NCBI GenBank assembly: GCA_049852185.1
Contig: CP187540.1
DNA from: Methanocaldococcus sp. 28A
GTDB taxonomy: Archaea; AGJL01; Methanococci; Methanococcales; Methanocaldococcaceae
DNA: 64,000 nt
Reading direction: 5' to 3' (one strand)
Shown here: piece after piece, positions 30,108-41,416 of the stretch
Position numbering within the stretch: position 1 is the first letter of the stretch
How the letters are laid out: each line of letters starts with the position of its first letter
Notes under the pieces: model-generated
Databases searched by the model: none
What the model was told of the DNA's origin: nothing
What the model saw: the letters and a program-made list of their open reading frames with translations, nothing else
Translations under genes and position numbers: made by a program

Positions 30108-31239
30108 ATCTCTAATATGTATATATTTTTTATTGATGATTTTTAATGTGGGTTATTCAATAATTAATTACATTCCAGATGAATATGTTTATGACATAAA
30201 ACCAACGGATATTGAAGGTTTCGCATATCTCCAATATGACTTTACATTAGAGGGAGAACTAACCAATGATTATCCATATTCAGTTTTTATTACGCTACCA
30301 TCTTCTAATACAAATTATGATGTTTATCAAATATGTTCTGGAAGAGCTGATGAAATTGATCAAAAAATAAGATTATACGGTTATGAGAATTATATGTGGG
30401 TAGATTATGACGTATATCCTAATGAGTTATGGATAATTACTAATCCTCAAACGTTAGATAAAATTAGCTATGAATTACCTTTAGATATACCACCATCTGC
30501 AACAAGAGTTACATACAAATATCCATCTGTTAATATTACATTATCCTCAAACATCACCGGAGAAGGTAATTTCACATATAAACTTTATAAGTATATAGGT
30601 AATTGGAATGTAATATATCCAAATAGTAATACTACATTAAATGGTGTCAACGGTTTTTGGTTACCTCCATATACAACAGTTAAGGTAAAAATAGTTGGTA
30701 GTTTTAACACATATATTGGAAATTCTTATGACAATAAAAATTTTGAGATATACGGTCCTGCAGTAGTAAATGAGATTAGAGTATTAGATCCAAAAAAGAT
30801 ATTTAGTTGTGCTATGGAAAATGGAATTAAAATTGATTATCTTAAATTATATGTTAGAGGAAAAATAGAGAAGAGTAATAATACAGAAACTATTTCTATA
30901 GTGATTCCTGCACCATTAATTATTGAAAATTATAATAGCTTTTCAAAAATAACGTATACTAATTACAATACTAACATATGGATAGACTCTTATGAAAAAT
31001 GGGTAGACAATCTTGAAAAATTATCAAATTCTAACGAAAATGAATACTATGTTGAAGCGGAAGATACTTCATATATTTCAGGGGCGTTATCTCCTGATGA
31101 CCCATTAATTCCTAAATTTGGTTGGGACGTTGAAGATACAAAATCATTATTTACAAAATTTGATGTTCCTGCTATTGCCTACACAACAAGTTCAGATGAA
31201 CCTATAGAGTTTGCCTATGTGGTTTATTGGAATAAATAA
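30094..31239 (+). CDS. Secreted/surface hypothetical protein of the pilus locus
   Basis: Signal peptide; Tyr/Asn/Thr-rich beta-type sequence; GFWLPPY. Confidence 0.7.
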   Translation: MRTLKSLICIYFLLMIFNVGYSIINYIPDEYVYDIKPTDIEGFAYLQYDFTLEGELTNDYPYSVFITLPSSNTNYDVYQICSGRADEIDQKIRLYGYENYMWVDYDVYPNELWIITNPQTLDKISYELPLDIPPSATRVTYKYPSVNITLSSNITGEGNFTYKLYKYIGNWNVIYPNSNTTLNGVNGFWLPPYTTVKVKIVGSFNTYIGNSYDNKNFEIYGPAVVNEIRVLDPKKIFSCAMENGIKIDYLKLYVRGKIEKSNNTETISIVIPAPLIIENYNSFSKITYTNYNTNIWIDSYEKWVDNLEKLSNSNENEYYVEAEDTSYISGALSPDDPLIPKFGWDVEDTKSLFTKFDVPAIAYTTSSDEPIEFAYVVYWNK

Positions 31240-31260
31240 AAATATTTTTAAGGGATTGTT

Positions 31261-31680
31261 ATGTTATTTAATAAAAGAGCCCAATTATCCTTAGAATTTT
31301 CTATATTATTTTTAGTTTCATTACTAGTAATTACTATTGCCGTAGGTTGGCCAGGAATGTTTGGATTAAAAAAAACTGCCACTATATCTTCAATGAGTTT
31401 AGCACATGCAGCTGTTTCTAAGATGAAGCAGAATATAGAATTAGTAGCAGCCGCAGATGTAGGAACTACAAAAATTGTTTATATAAAATGCCCTCCAGGA
31501 GAGTGGTATGTTTTTAATAATCAATTACAATTTAAAAATTCCTTATTTAATTACACAATATCAACAAATTGTAGTGTAAATATAACTTTAAAAGGAAATA
31601 CAAATATATCCACAAGTAGAATAATCACAGTTAATATAACAAAAACTAATGTAGATAGCGTAACAGTTAATATTCAATAA
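31261..31680 (+). CDS. Class III signal peptide pilin-like protein
   Basis: KRA/QLSLEF plus hydrophobic helix; many N-x-S/T sequons. Confidence 0.85.
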   Translation: MLFNKRAQLSLEFSILFLVSLLVITIAVGWPGMFGLKKTATISSMSLAHAAVSKMKQNIELVAAADVGTTKIVYIKCPPGEWYVFNNQLQFKNSLFNYTISTNCSVNITLKGNTNISTSRIITVNITKTNVDSVTVNIQ

Positions 31681-31691
31681 AAAATAGTTGT

Positions 31692-33986
31692 TTAAATCTT
31701 TGGCAACCTTCTATCATCCAGCTCTTTTTGTTTTGCTCTATTCCAGTTTGAAATATTTTGTAAGTATCCTGTTATCCTACTAAATTTAGCAATATCCTCA
31801 GAGCCACAATTTATACACTTATCTAATAAGCCTCCAGCACTTACTCCACATTTATTACAAACACTTAGATTTTTTGTATATGTCCAAAAGCCAATATTTG
31901 TTTTTGTTATCTTTTTTGTTACGTCCATTAAAACCTCTGGATCTGCTGCAGATTCAATATTCCAAACATGCATTATGTGTCCTCCATTACACAAAGGATG
32001 AAATTTAGCTTCAATTTTAACCTTCTCTCCCAAAGTTATTGGTGCATCTACTCTAACGTGAGATGAGTTTGTGTAGTATAATGTTTCTGGGTCTTTTAAA
32101 TCTCCCCTAACAACACTTATTGTTTCTTCTTTATAATATTTGTAATCCAATCTTGCAAATCTTCCAGCAGTTGATTCAGCCGGAGTTTGAGTTACCGTCC
32201 ATCTCATTCCCGTTTCTTCCTTCAATTTATCGGCATATTCTCTAATATATTCAATAACTTTTTCACCAAATTTAACAGCATCTTTTGACTCATGTAATTC
32301 TTCTCCCAAATGATATTTAAGCATCTCATTCAATCCAACAAATCCAAAGGTCTTTGTAGTGTTCTCATATCTATAGTATGGCTCTCCATCAAACTCTTGA
32401 GTTAAGAACGGCATTAAGTTATCAACATATAATCTTTCCTTTGTTACTTCGTGTTTTATTAATAAAGCTTCTTTTAATAGCTCTAATCTTTCATTCAAAA
32501 TTTCAAATAATCTACCATCATCTCCATTAGCTTCATAAGCAATTCTTGGTAAATTTAGAGAGTACCATTGCATATTTCCTGTTCTTAATGTGTCTATCTC
32601 AGCATCTCCTGTCCAATTTCCACTCAACCTTGTTCTACAACCCATTGCATTAGTATTTATTTCTTGCCAGTCTGGGAACATATTTATAAAGTAAGGAATT
32701 CCAAATTTGGCAGATAATTGATGAATTTTATACATAAGTTCTTTATTCTCATCTTTAAAGGCATTTTCTCTTAATTTAATTATAAAGTTTGGGAATAAGA
32801 AAGGTTTTCCCATAGCATCTCCTTCTATCATTACATCAACTAATGCCTCTAAAATTAACTTTGCCTCTTCTTCATAGTCTCCATAAGTACCTCTTGTAGT
32901 TCCTGCTATTACAGCTGGTTTATCCTCTAAATATTTAGGAATTTCTAATTCAAGATTTATGGAGCTGAATATAGTTTGCCCTCCTCTGGCCACATACATT
33001 TGATTTAATTCATAAATAAACATTTGCATTAACTGCTTTATCTTTTCATAGCTAAGCCCTCTAACATAAGGAGCAAGCCAAACATTAAATTCATCTATAC
33101 TCTGTCCTCCACTCATGTTTGTTTGAGCAGCCATCATAACTTTGGCTGCATGTTGAATAGCAACCTCTGGATGTTTAGCTGGCTTTGAAACGCTTGTATG
33201 TAATCCTGTTCCATCTACTCTTAAACCATATTTAAAGAAAGGTCTCAAATCATGTTGCAAACAAACAGGTCTTGTAGCGGCATATTCCAAGTCATGTAGG
33301 TGGATATCTCCTTTTATATGAGCATCGGCTATATGTTTTGGGAATATTGCTAATAAAGCATATTGCTTCATTGTTTCGTCAGCAACCCATTTATGAATTG
33401 ATTCTGGATTATACATTAAATTAGCATTTTCTTTACTTCCAGATTTTATTAATTTAGTTATATCATAGACAGGCATTCCTAACCTTGTGTGTCTATGCCT
33501 TAAATCTTCAAATCCATACTCTATTAATTTGTAATTAACTATCTCTCTAATCATTGGTGCAGTTAAATATTTAACTTTTAATTTTTTTAACTCCCTTTCA
33601 ACTTCATCAGCTATCTTTTTGGCAGTCTCTTCATCTGCACCTGTTTCTCTAATCAATGCTTTAACTATTTTTTCTTTATTAAAAGGCTCAAACTCTTTTT
33701 CAGAGGTTCTGACTTTTAATATAATCCCATTTCTATAATTCTCAGCAATGTTTTTGTCTATTTTCTTTAAAACATTATAAACAATATTTTTTATTTCGTC
33801 GGTTGTTATCCCATTATAGATCTTAGTGCAAACATCAGATAGTATATAATCCAAATCACCATAATTTACCCCACTGTTTATAAGGGACTTAACTAATTTA
33901 TTTATATTAAATCTCTCCTTTTTTTTATCTCTTTTTACTACATAAAATTCCATAACCTTTTCCCCAAAATCTTTAACACTTATCAT
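31692..33986 (-). CDS. nrdD: Anaerobic (class III) ribonucleoside-triphosphate reductase with two ATP-cones, no intein
   Basis: VVKRD and VRTS ATP-cones, HLHDL, AMGCRT, TPAES, CNKC..CINC, SRITGYL glycyl-radical motif. Confidence 0.95.
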   Translation of the reverse strand: MISVKDFGEKVMEFYVVKRDKKKERFNINKLVKSLINSGVNYGDLDYILSDVCTKIYNGITTDEIKNIVYNVLKKIDKNIAENYRNGIILKVRTSEKEFEPFNKEKIVKALIRETGADEETAKKIADEVERELKKLKVKYLTAPMIREIVNYKLIEYGFEDLRHRHTRLGMPVYDITKLIKSGSKENANLMYNPESIHKWVADETMKQYALLAIFPKHIADAHIKGDIHLHDLEYAATRPVCLQHDLRPFFKYGLRVDGTGLHTSVSKPAKHPEVAIQHAAKVMMAAQTNMSGGQSIDEFNVWLAPYVRGLSYEKIKQLMQMFIYELNQMYVARGGQTIFSSINLELEIPKYLEDKPAVIAGTTRGTYGDYEEEAKLILEALVDVMIEGDAMGKPFLFPNFIIKLRENAFKDENKELMYKIHQLSAKFGIPYFINMFPDWQEINTNAMGCRTRLSGNWTGDAEIDTLRTGNMQWYSLNLPRIAYEANGDDGRLFEILNERLELLKEALLIKHEVTKERLYVDNLMPFLTQEFDGEPYYRYENTTKTFGFVGLNEMLKYHLGEELHESKDAVKFGEKVIEYIREYADKLKEETGMRWTVTQTPAESTAGRFARLDYKYYKEETISVVRGDLKDPETLYYTNSSHVRVDAPITLGEKVKIEAKFHPLCNGGHIMHVWNIESAADPEVLMDVTKKITKTNIGFWTYTKNLSVCNKCGVSAGGLLDKCINCGSEDIAKFSRITGYLQNISNWNRAKQKELDDRRLPKI

Positions 33987-34224
33987 TTAATCACCCAAAA
34001 AAATAAGATAAAAATAAAATTGATTTATGGATTTTAATTAATTATTCTACCCTTCTTCAAGAATTCGTTAGTAGTTTTTCAGTAATAACATATAAAAAGA
34101 TAACGGAATGATTTCCCTTAAATAGTTTAAATAGGAGGTGATAATTCCTTAAAATAGTATATAAATGGTGGAAATTTCTTTATTAAACTAAACAGCAATT
34201 TATATCAATTTATTAAATTTTTAT

Positions 34225-35523
34225 TTATCTTCTTAACTGCTTTCCAATAATCTCATCCACTCTCTTTAAAAATTCTTTCACTTTATCTTTTGGAACAACC
34301 GCTCCAGAGGCTACGTCATGCCCTCCTCCATTGCCTCCAAATTCTTTTGCTACTGCCATGGCTACACTTAAATTTAATCCTCTATTTACAAGTTCTCTAT
34401 TTCCTCTCGCAGAGAATTTGGCTATATCTCCATCAATATGATAACCAATAACAGGTTTATCATCAACCAATATTGCTGCAATAACTCCAATTAACCCTTT
34501 TTTACCTTCAAAATAATAAATGTTGTCTAATTTTTTTAGTTTAACATTTTTAAGCTCATTAATTAAATTCTTTTTGTATTCCCATAATATTTCATTACCT
34601 ATTTTTATGCATTCATCATCCTCTAAACATATTCCAATACCTACAGCAAATAATCCATTTCTACCAACGGCATTTAACATTTCTGATAATAAAAAAGCAT
34701 CTCTAACCTTATGCTTAATTAAATACCTATCAATCATCAAGTTTTCAATTTTTGGGTATTTAAAAATTATTGCTGATAAAAGCTTTTTTCTATCAGAATC
34801 ATCCAACTCTTTTTTATTTGGGTCTATACCAATGTCTTTTAAAAACTTAAATGCTTTTACTTCAGAAGCTAAATCTGGAATGTAAGGTTTAGTGCAATAT
34901 GCAATTGCCTTATGCATCTCTATATTGTAAATATTATAGACAATATCTCTCATTACCTTCACATACCTATACTCTCTCGCCTCATTCACTATAAACTTGT
35001 TTAATCCTAAAAGGGGAGAGTATTGCATATCTCCAATAATCCCAGCTATTGCCAAGACACTTAAATCATAATAGCCAAATTCTCTTGCCACTAAATAACA
35101 GACTCCACTTGCTGTTATTTCTCTCGCTCCATCTACTCCAAAAATATGTGGATTTAGTTGAATAATATTTTCATTAACAAAGCTCTCCTTTATAATTGGT
35201 GGATGATGGTCTAAGATTATTGCATTAAAGTTGTGTTTTATTATATCCTCTATCTGCCCACTACCCATATCTGCAAATATAAAAAGAGGTTTATTTACTT
35301 CATTTTCCTTAGCTAATTTTTCAATTACATCCTTAGATAAATGTTCAACAACAGTTAAATGAAATAATTTATTTGTTCTTATCAACATCTTAGCCAAAAT
35401 TCCTCCACTACTCAATCCATCTGTATCATGGTGAGTTATCACTCTAATATAACCATAGTGGTTTAATATTTTCTCTTTAATGGCTTTAGTTACTTTTTCT
35501 ATTTCTTTAAGTTTTTCCATCAT
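34225..35523 (-). CDS. recJ: RecJ/GAN-like DHH-family ssDNA exonuclease
   Basis: HHDTDG, ADMGSG, LDHH, GIIGD, SARG, GGGHDVASG. Confidence 0.88.
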   Translation of the reverse strand: MMEKLKEIEKVTKAIKEKILNHYGYIRVITHHDTDGLSSGGILAKMLIRTNKLFHLTVVEHLSKDVIEKLAKENEVNKPLFIFADMGSGQIEDIIKHNFNAIILDHHPPIIKESFVNENIIQLNPHIFGVDGAREITASGVCYLVAREFGYYDLSVLAIAGIIGDMQYSPLLGLNKFIVNEAREYRYVKVMRDIVYNIYNIEMHKAIAYCTKPYIPDLASEVKAFKFLKDIGIDPNKKELDDSDRKKLLSAIIFKYPKIENLMIDRYLIKHKVRDAFLLSEMLNAVGRNGLFAVGIGICLEDDECIKIGNEILWEYKKNLINELKNVKLKKLDNIYYFEGKKGLIGVIAAILVDDKPVIGYHIDGDIAKFSARGNRELVNRGLNLSVAMAVAKEFGGNGGGHDVASGAVVPKDKVKEFLKRVDEIIGKQLRR

Positions 35524-35616
35524 GTTTTTTCCCTCTAAAACATTAAATCAATAACCAAATAACATAAAGAATATAAAATTAATATAGTCTATTTAAAATT
35601 ATTGTTGGTGATAATT

Positions 35617-36369
35617 TTGGAAAAACTAAAAAAATTGAAAAATAATCTTAAAGAAAAATTTGAAAATAAAAAAGTTATTATTGCTTATTCTGGCGGAATA
35701 GACAGTTTGCTTTTATCTATACTACTATCAGAAATTACTGAAACTTTATGTATTTTTATAAAAACCCCTTACATTTCACAATGGTCTTTAAATAACGCAA
35801 TTATTAATGCAAAAAAGTATAACCTAAATTTAAAAATTGTTGAAATTGATAAAGTTATTGAAAATATTCCAGAAAGATGTTATTTATGCAAAAAGATGTT
35901 TTTTGAAATATTAACTAAAGTGAAAGAAAAATATAATTACGACGTTGTTGTTGATGGTACTCATTTTGATGATTTGTTTGAAGATAGACCTGGGTTAAAA
36001 GCTAAAGAGGACTTTAATATAGTTTCTCCATTTGCAGATTTTAAGATTTGTAAAAAAGATATTTTAGAAATAGCTAAAGAACTAAATATATACATCCCTC
36101 CAAAAGAAACATGTTTATTAACAAGATTTGAGTTTAATAGAGAAATTTCAATTAATGATTTAAAAAAGATAGAAGAATTAGAAGAATTTTTAAGGAATTA
36201 TGTGAAAGGTGCTATAAGAGTTAGAAACTATAAAGATTTAGCAGTTATTGAAGTTGAAGGCGAATTAGAAAATATACTCAATAAAAAAGAAGAAATTATT
36301 GAAAAATTTAAAGCTTATGGATTTAGAAAAGTATGTATAAATTTAGAAGAATATAATAAAAGTTATTGA
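35617..36369 (+). CDS. LarE-like PP-loop ATP-dependent sulfur transferase
   Basis: AYSGGIDS, RCYLCK, DGT..DD..EDRPG.KA, SPFA, CLLTRF, RVR. Confidence 0.85.
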   Translation: MEKLKKLKNNLKEKFENKKVIIAYSGGIDSLLLSILLSEITETLCIFIKTPYISQWSLNNAIINAKKYNLNLKIVEIDKVIENIPERCYLCKKMFFEILTKVKEKYNYDVVVDGTHFDDLFEDRPGLKAKEDFNIVSPFADFKICKKDILEIAKELNIYIPPKETCLLTRFEFNREISINDLKKIEELEEFLRNYVKGAIRVRNYKDLAVIEVEGELENILNKKEEIIEKFKAYGFRKVCINLEEYNKSY

Positions 36370-37628
36370 TGAATCTTGTATCTCAATATAGCAGCAATTC
36401 CCTTAAACGCATTTAAAATCATAGCCCCTTCTTCTGTTTCTGATGAAACTGTTATAAGCTTAGCTCCACTCTGCTCACATAACTCTGATAGATACTCAAT
36501 ATAATCTTTTTCTTCAACAATACTTAAAGCACCTCCACATTTTGGACATTGTGCATTTTTAAGCTCCTCTTCTAATTTAATAAGCTCAAGTTTTGTAACT
36601 GTTTTCTCTTCTAAGTAATCACAGTTATTGCATGCTATCTTTACCTTATATTTTTCTAATTCTTCAGAAACAATTAAAGTATCAACTGCTCCTATCATTA
36701 AAGCTTCTAAAACCTCTTTCTCACCATAGCATGCCAATCCTCCATCCTCCTTAATTAATTCCTTTAAAAACCTTTGAACAGCTTCTCTCTCTTTCATCAA
36801 CTCAACATCTTTTAATAATGGGGCAGCTTTCTCTAAAAGTTCTCTTATACCAAACTCTTCTGTATAGCACAAATCAAATGTATCTAAGACAATCTTTTTA
36901 AGTTCATGATGTAGATAATCTCCTTCAACAAACTCGTTTTTTGTATGTCCAGGTCCCCCAACTAAAATTCCTCTAAGTTTTTTCTCTTGCAATAATGGAA
37001 GGAATTGCTCATTTGCTTTCTGCCCTACTCTCTGTAAAAACTCATGAGCAGCTAAGTCAATAAGCCTTTCTAATCTTCTTGCTGACTGCCCTCCTGCTTT
37101 AAACTTTCCAGGAACTCCACTTGTTAGTTTTTTTAAGATGTTTATGTTTCTTCCTTTAACTAACGCTATTGTTGCCTCATTTCTATCAACTAATATTATT
37201 CCATATACATCTTTATCCTCTAAAAATTCCTCTAATGGTTCTAAGTAAAATTCTGAATCACATCTGTAAATATAAGTTTTTATTGGTTCTGGTGGCTCTA
37301 TAACATAAGTTTCCATTTTTTCTGTTCCTGGCCCACTTCTTGGGACCATTCCAGCAAATATAACAACTCCTTTCTCTAAAGGTTCTTTTAATAACTTCAA
37401 CCTCTGCAAAATTGCTTCAATTGCTGATTGAACATTTTTTCTTGTACTTTTACTTTTAATGTTTGATGCCTGTGACATCTCCTCTCTCAAATGCTGAGCT
37501 ACATCAGATATTCTTCTACCTGCTGGGATATAAAGACTAATAAGTTCGGTACCTTTACCTTTTTTTGTTTTTAGTTCTTTTAACATTTTTTTAAATAAAT
37601 ATAATTGTTTTGAATCATTTGATGCCAT
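36363..37628 (-). CDS. prf1: Peptide chain release factor aRF1
   Basis: GTELISLYIP, ASNIKS, YRCDS, GGQSARR. Confidence 0.96.
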   Translation of the reverse strand: MASNDSKQLYLFKKMLKELKTKKGKGTELISLYIPAGRRISDVAQHLREEMSQASNIKSKSTRKNVQSAIEAILQRLKLLKEPLEKGVVIFAGMVPRSGPGTEKMETYVIEPPEPIKTYIYRCDSEFYLEPLEEFLEDKDVYGIILVDRNEATIALVKGRNINILKKLTSGVPGKFKAGGQSARRLERLIDLAAHEFLQRVGQKANEQFLPLLQEKKLRGILVGGPGHTKNEFVEGDYLHHELKKIVLDTFDLCYTEEFGIRELLEKAAPLLKDVELMKEREAVQRFLKELIKEDGGLACYGEKEVLEALMIGAVDTLIVSEELEKYKVKIACNNCDYLEEKTVTKLELIKLEEELKNAQCPKCGGALSIVEEKDYIEYLSELCEQSGAKLITVSSETEEGAMILNAFKGIAAILRYKIHQ

Positions 37629-37788
37629 AACTATCACCATAAACCTTTATTTTTAAATTTTGTTTTATAACCAATTTTTAAAATTGTAAAATTAGAATTT
37701 AGTATATTTATTTAATGAGATACAAAAATGTAAAATTGATTTTCCACTTTACACAAAAACTATAAAAAAAGATTTATATATAATTTTG

Positions 37789-38619
37789 CTACTCTGATTT
37801 ATTCTTTTTAATAAAGTTCTTAACAACATCTAATACATTTTCTGAGATAACATATTTTGCATTATCTTTTAAAACATTATTAGCTACTTCTAAAGCCTTA
37901 TACAATTGAGCTTCATCTTTAAAGTATTGTATTGCAGCCTCAGCAACTATTTGTATTGCTTTAGCTTGCCCTTCTGCCTCAATTCTCAAACTCTCAGCAA
38001 TTCCCTCTGCCCTTAAAATTCTACTCTGCTTCTCTCCCTCTGCCTCCAATATAGCGGCTCTTTTTAACCTCTCTGCTTTCATCTGTTGAGCTATAGCATT
38101 TTTAATATCCTCTGGTGGGTCTATTTCTTTAACTTCAACTTTTTCAATTTTAACCCCCCAAGCATCTGTCTCTCTATCTAAAATCTCCAATAGTCTTGAA
38201 TTTATATACTCTCTTTTATTTAAGACTTCATCTAATTCCATACTACCAATTATTGCCCTTAATGTTGTTTGTGCTAAATTTATTATTGCATATTCATAAT
38301 CTTCAACTTCTAATATTGCTCTCTCTACATCTACAACCTTTTAATAAACTACTGCATCCACTTTTACTACTGCATTATCCCTTGTAATCATTTCTTGAGG
38401 TGGAACATCAGTAACTCTTGTCCTCAAATCAACCTTAACAGGCACATCTAAAAATGGAATAATTATATTTATTCCGGGTTTTAGTTTTCCTATGACTCTT
38501 CCTAATCTAAATATTAATCCCCCTTCATACTGATTGACGATAACTATTGCTTTAACAATTATAAACAATGCTATAATTCCCAATATTAACCAAAAGAAAA
38601 ACATATTATTCACCTTCAA
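37789..38619 (-). pseudogene. SPFH/stomatin-like protein interrupted by one in-frame TAA
   Basis: ...[23 protein letters not shown]...[14 protein letters not shown]; both halves are in the same frame and the stop is at 38341-38343. Confidence 0.85.
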
Positions 38620-39022
38620 ACTTTTTAACTATTAATGAAACTCCCTCTACCCCAACAATTTCAACCTTATCCCCATTTTTTATTCTATCTTTGGACTTTG
38701 CCAACCATATTTGATTTTCTATTTCAACCCTCCCATATCCATTTTCTTCAAAATCTTCAATTGCTACTCCAATCTTTCCTATAAATCGTTCAGCTCCAAC
38801 TTTTATTTCCTTTCCTACGCCATAGACAAATTTATGTAATATTATTAAAGTTAATACTCCTGCAATTATTGCAGAAATAAATGCATATTGTGGGATTATC
38901 AATAAAACTATTCCATATATTAATAGAGCTATTCCTAAAGCAGGAAAATACAGCCCAGTAATTACAGTTTCTAATGCCATTATCAAGAATCCTACCAGTA
39001 TAAATATATAGCCAATATCCAT
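38606..39022 (-). CDS. NfeD-like membrane protein (stomatin partner)
   Basis: Three TM segments plus OB-fold (IGKIGVA, GRV...W.A.S, V.IVGVEGVSL). Confidence 0.88.
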   Translation of the reverse strand: MDIGYIFILVGFLIMALETVITGLYFPALGIALLIYGIVLLIIPQYAFISAIIAGVLTLIILHKFVYGVGKEIKVGAERFIGKIGVAIEDFEENGYGRVEIENQIWLAKSKDRIKNGDKVEIVGVEGVSLIVKKFEGE

Positions 39023-39035
39023 TTACATCACACAA

Positions 39036-39052
39036 TATAGTTGTGTGCAAAA
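39036..39052. repeat. Solitary family-A terminal repeat next to the IS6 relic
   Basis: TATAGTTGTGTGCAAAA. Confidence 0.7.
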
Positions 39053-39056
39053 GAGA

Positions 39057-39393
39057 GGTTGTTAAGATAAGAGAAGGAAGTGAAGGATTCAAGCCAACTA
39101 ATAACGGTTGAGAATTTATTATTAGGAAATCAATTATAGAAAGACTTTGTTCTTTTTTTAAGTAAAGAGAAGAAACTTTCAGCACAATTTCTTAAACCGA
39201 ATCGAACTCTTTCGAATTTTAAGCCTAATCTCTGTAGTGCTAAGTAATACAAAATCCCTCCTAAAATTTTAATCTCTATCGATTTCTTATTCCTCTCAAA
39301 AATCTCTTCCATCCTTTCCTTTATTACTTCTATCGTTAGTTTCATATCTTTCTTTATTTACACCTACTTATTTATTTTTTTATCTTGACAACT
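39057..39393 (-). mobile_element. Internally deleted IS6-family element with a truncated transposase (39130-39345)
   Basis: TIRs GGTTGTTAAGATAA / TTATCTTGACAACT; ORF joins an N-terminus to the C-terminal [19 protein letters not shown] motif typical of archaeal IS6 transposases. Confidence 0.8.
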
Positions 39394-39549
39394 TCCAATC
39401 TACTAATCGATGATTTTAAATATCATAGTCATCCATCTATAAATAAAGATTTAATGTAAATTTTAAAATTAAAAAATAATGTTATAGATTGTAATTGACA
39501 TAGAAAACAAAATTTATATTTATTTAGAATCTAATAAATTAGGGATATT

Positions 39550-40284
39550 ATGAAAGTAATTGTAACAAGACCTAAAGAAAGAGCTAAGGTATTTGCTAAT
39601 TTATTAAAAAAAGAGGGCTTTGAACCACTAATATTTCCAACTTTAAAGCTTGTGTATAACAAAGATGTAAAGGTTGATTTATATATATATAATTATAATT
39701 GGATAATTTTTACCTCACCAAGTGGTGTTCTTGGATTATATAACATAATAGATGAAAATAAAAGGAAAGAAGTAAAAAATAAAAAAATTGCAGTTATTGG
39801 TGAAAAAACAGCAAAGACCTTTAAAAAATATTTTGGTAGAGAGCCAGATATAATACCAAAAGAATACACTGCAGAATCTCTTTTAGAAGAGATAAAAAAG
39901 GTTTCCAAAAGAGATGATAAATTTTTAATCCCTACAACTCCATCAACAAGAGATGTTTTAAAAAATAACTTAAATGCTGATTTGTTGTTTGTGTATAAAT
40001 CTGTTGAGCCAGAAAATTTAAAAGAAGAGATTGATAAATTAAAAGAAAAAATAAAGAATGAAAAATTTATTTTAACATTTACAAGTGGATTAACAGCTAA
40101 AAACTTTTTTAAATATGTAGATGATGAATTTGCCAATATTATAAAAGATAATTATATAGTTGCCATAGGACCAATAACAGCTAAAGTTATTGAAGAATTT
40201 GGATTTAAACCATTAATTCCAAAAATATATACAATTGAAGGAATGTTAGAAGTTATTAAGAAAATAAGCAGAGGTATAAAATAA
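39550..40284 (+). CDS. hemD: Uroporphyrinogen-III synthase
   Basis: VTRP, IFTSPSGV, VIGEKTA, FTSG.TA, AIGPITA. Confidence 0.92.
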   Translation: MKVIVTRPKERAKVFANLLKKEGFEPLIFPTLKLVYNKDVKVDLYIYNYNWIIFTSPSGVLGLYNIIDENKRKEVKNKKIAVIGEKTAKTFKKYFGREPDIIPKEYTAESLLEEIKKVSKRDDKFLIPTTPSTRDVLKNNLNADLLFVYKSVEPENLKEEIDKLKEKIKNEKFILTFTSGLTAKNFFKYVDDEFANIIKDNYIVAIGPITAKVIEEFGFKPLIPKIYTIEGMLEVIKKISRGIK

Positions 40285-40309
40285 TAATTAAATTTTTGGA
40301 GGTTATATA

Positions 40310-41386
40310 ATGATTAACTTAAATGACAGAAGTTTAATAAAAAAAGCTATAGAAAAGATAAACAAACTCTCTAAAAAAATAGATAACATAAAGATTATGC
40401 ACGTTTGTGGTAGTCATGAACATACTATTTGCAAGTATGGGATTAGAGATATATTACCAAAAAATATAACCGTTGTTCCAGGTCCTGGCTGTCCAGTTTG
40501 TGTTACTACACAAAAAGAAATTGATACAGCCATATATTTAGCTGATAATGGATATGTTATAACAACTCTTGGAGATATGTATAGAGTGCCAGGAAGTGAA
40601 AAATCATTAATGGAGAAGCAATCTGAAGGTTGTGATGTAAGGATTGTTTATAGTATAAGTGAAGCTGTAAAAATGGCTAAAAAAGAGAAGGATAAGAAGT
40701 TTGTTTTTGTAGCAATAGGTTTTGAAACTACTGCTCCTACAACTGGAGCTGAGTTAATAAGCTTAAAAAATAAAGATATAGATAACTTTTTCATTTTAAA
40801 CTGTCATAGGCAAACCCCCCCAATTATGGATTTTTTATTAAATGAGGAAGTTTATTTAGATGCCTTTATATGTCCAGGACATGTTTCAACAATTACAGGT
40901 TTAAAGCCATACTATGAGCCTTGCAAAAAATACAACACTCCAATGGTTGTTGCTGGCTTTGAGCCAATAGATGTTTTAATGGCAATAATTATGATTTTAA
41001 AACAAATTATCAATGGAGAGGCAAAGGTTGAGAATGAGTATATAAGAGCTGTTAAACCTGAAGGAAATATTTTAGCTCAAAAAATAATAAACGAAGTTTT
41101 TGAAAGTGTAGATATTCCTTGGAGAGGATTTCCAGTTATTAAAAATGGTGGATTTGGGTTAAGAGAAGAATATAAGAAATTTGACATCTATGAACATGAG
41201 GATATTCCAGAAATTAAAGAAAAGATTCCTAAGGGTTGTATATGTGATAAAATTTTGAGAGGGGAAAAACTTCCTACTGATTGCCCATTGTTTGGTAAGG
41301 TTTGCACACCATTAAATCCAGTTGGTAGTTGTATGGTTTCTGACGAAGGAACATGTAGAATATTTTATAAGTATAGAGGTATTTAA
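40310..41386 (+). CDS. hypD: Hydrogenase maturation factor HypD
   Basis: MHVCGSHEH, GPGCPVCVT, GFETT, PGHVS, GSCMVSDEGTC. Confidence 0.96.
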   Translation: MINLNDRSLIKKAIEKINKLSKKIDNIKIMHVCGSHEHTICKYGIRDILPKNITVVPGPGCPVCVTTQKEIDTAIYLADNGYVITTLGDMYRVPGSEKSLMEKQSEGCDVRIVYSISEAVKMAKKEKDKKFVFVAIGFETTAPTTGAELISLKNKDIDNFFILNCHRQTPPIMDFLLNEEVYLDAFICPGHVSTITGLKPYYEPCKKYNTPMVVAGFEPIDVLMAIIMILKQIINGEAKVENEYIRAVKPEGNILAQKIINEVFESVDIPWRGFPVIKNGGFGLREEYKKFDIYEHEDIPEIKEKIPKGCICDKILRGEKLPTDCPLFGKVCTPLNPVGSCMVSDEGTCRIFYKYRGI

Positions 41387-41416
41387 AAAATTAAATTAAT
41401 CAATTGAGGTGAATTT

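Noticed and set aside
34104-34150. GGAA...TTCC sites upstream of nrdD as NrpR operators
   Set aside because: Spacing and sequence do not match GGAA-N6-TTCC.
38341-38343. Selenocysteine or pyrrolysine recoding of the stomatin stop
   Set aside because: The codon is TAA, not TGA or TAG, and Tyr is expected at that position.
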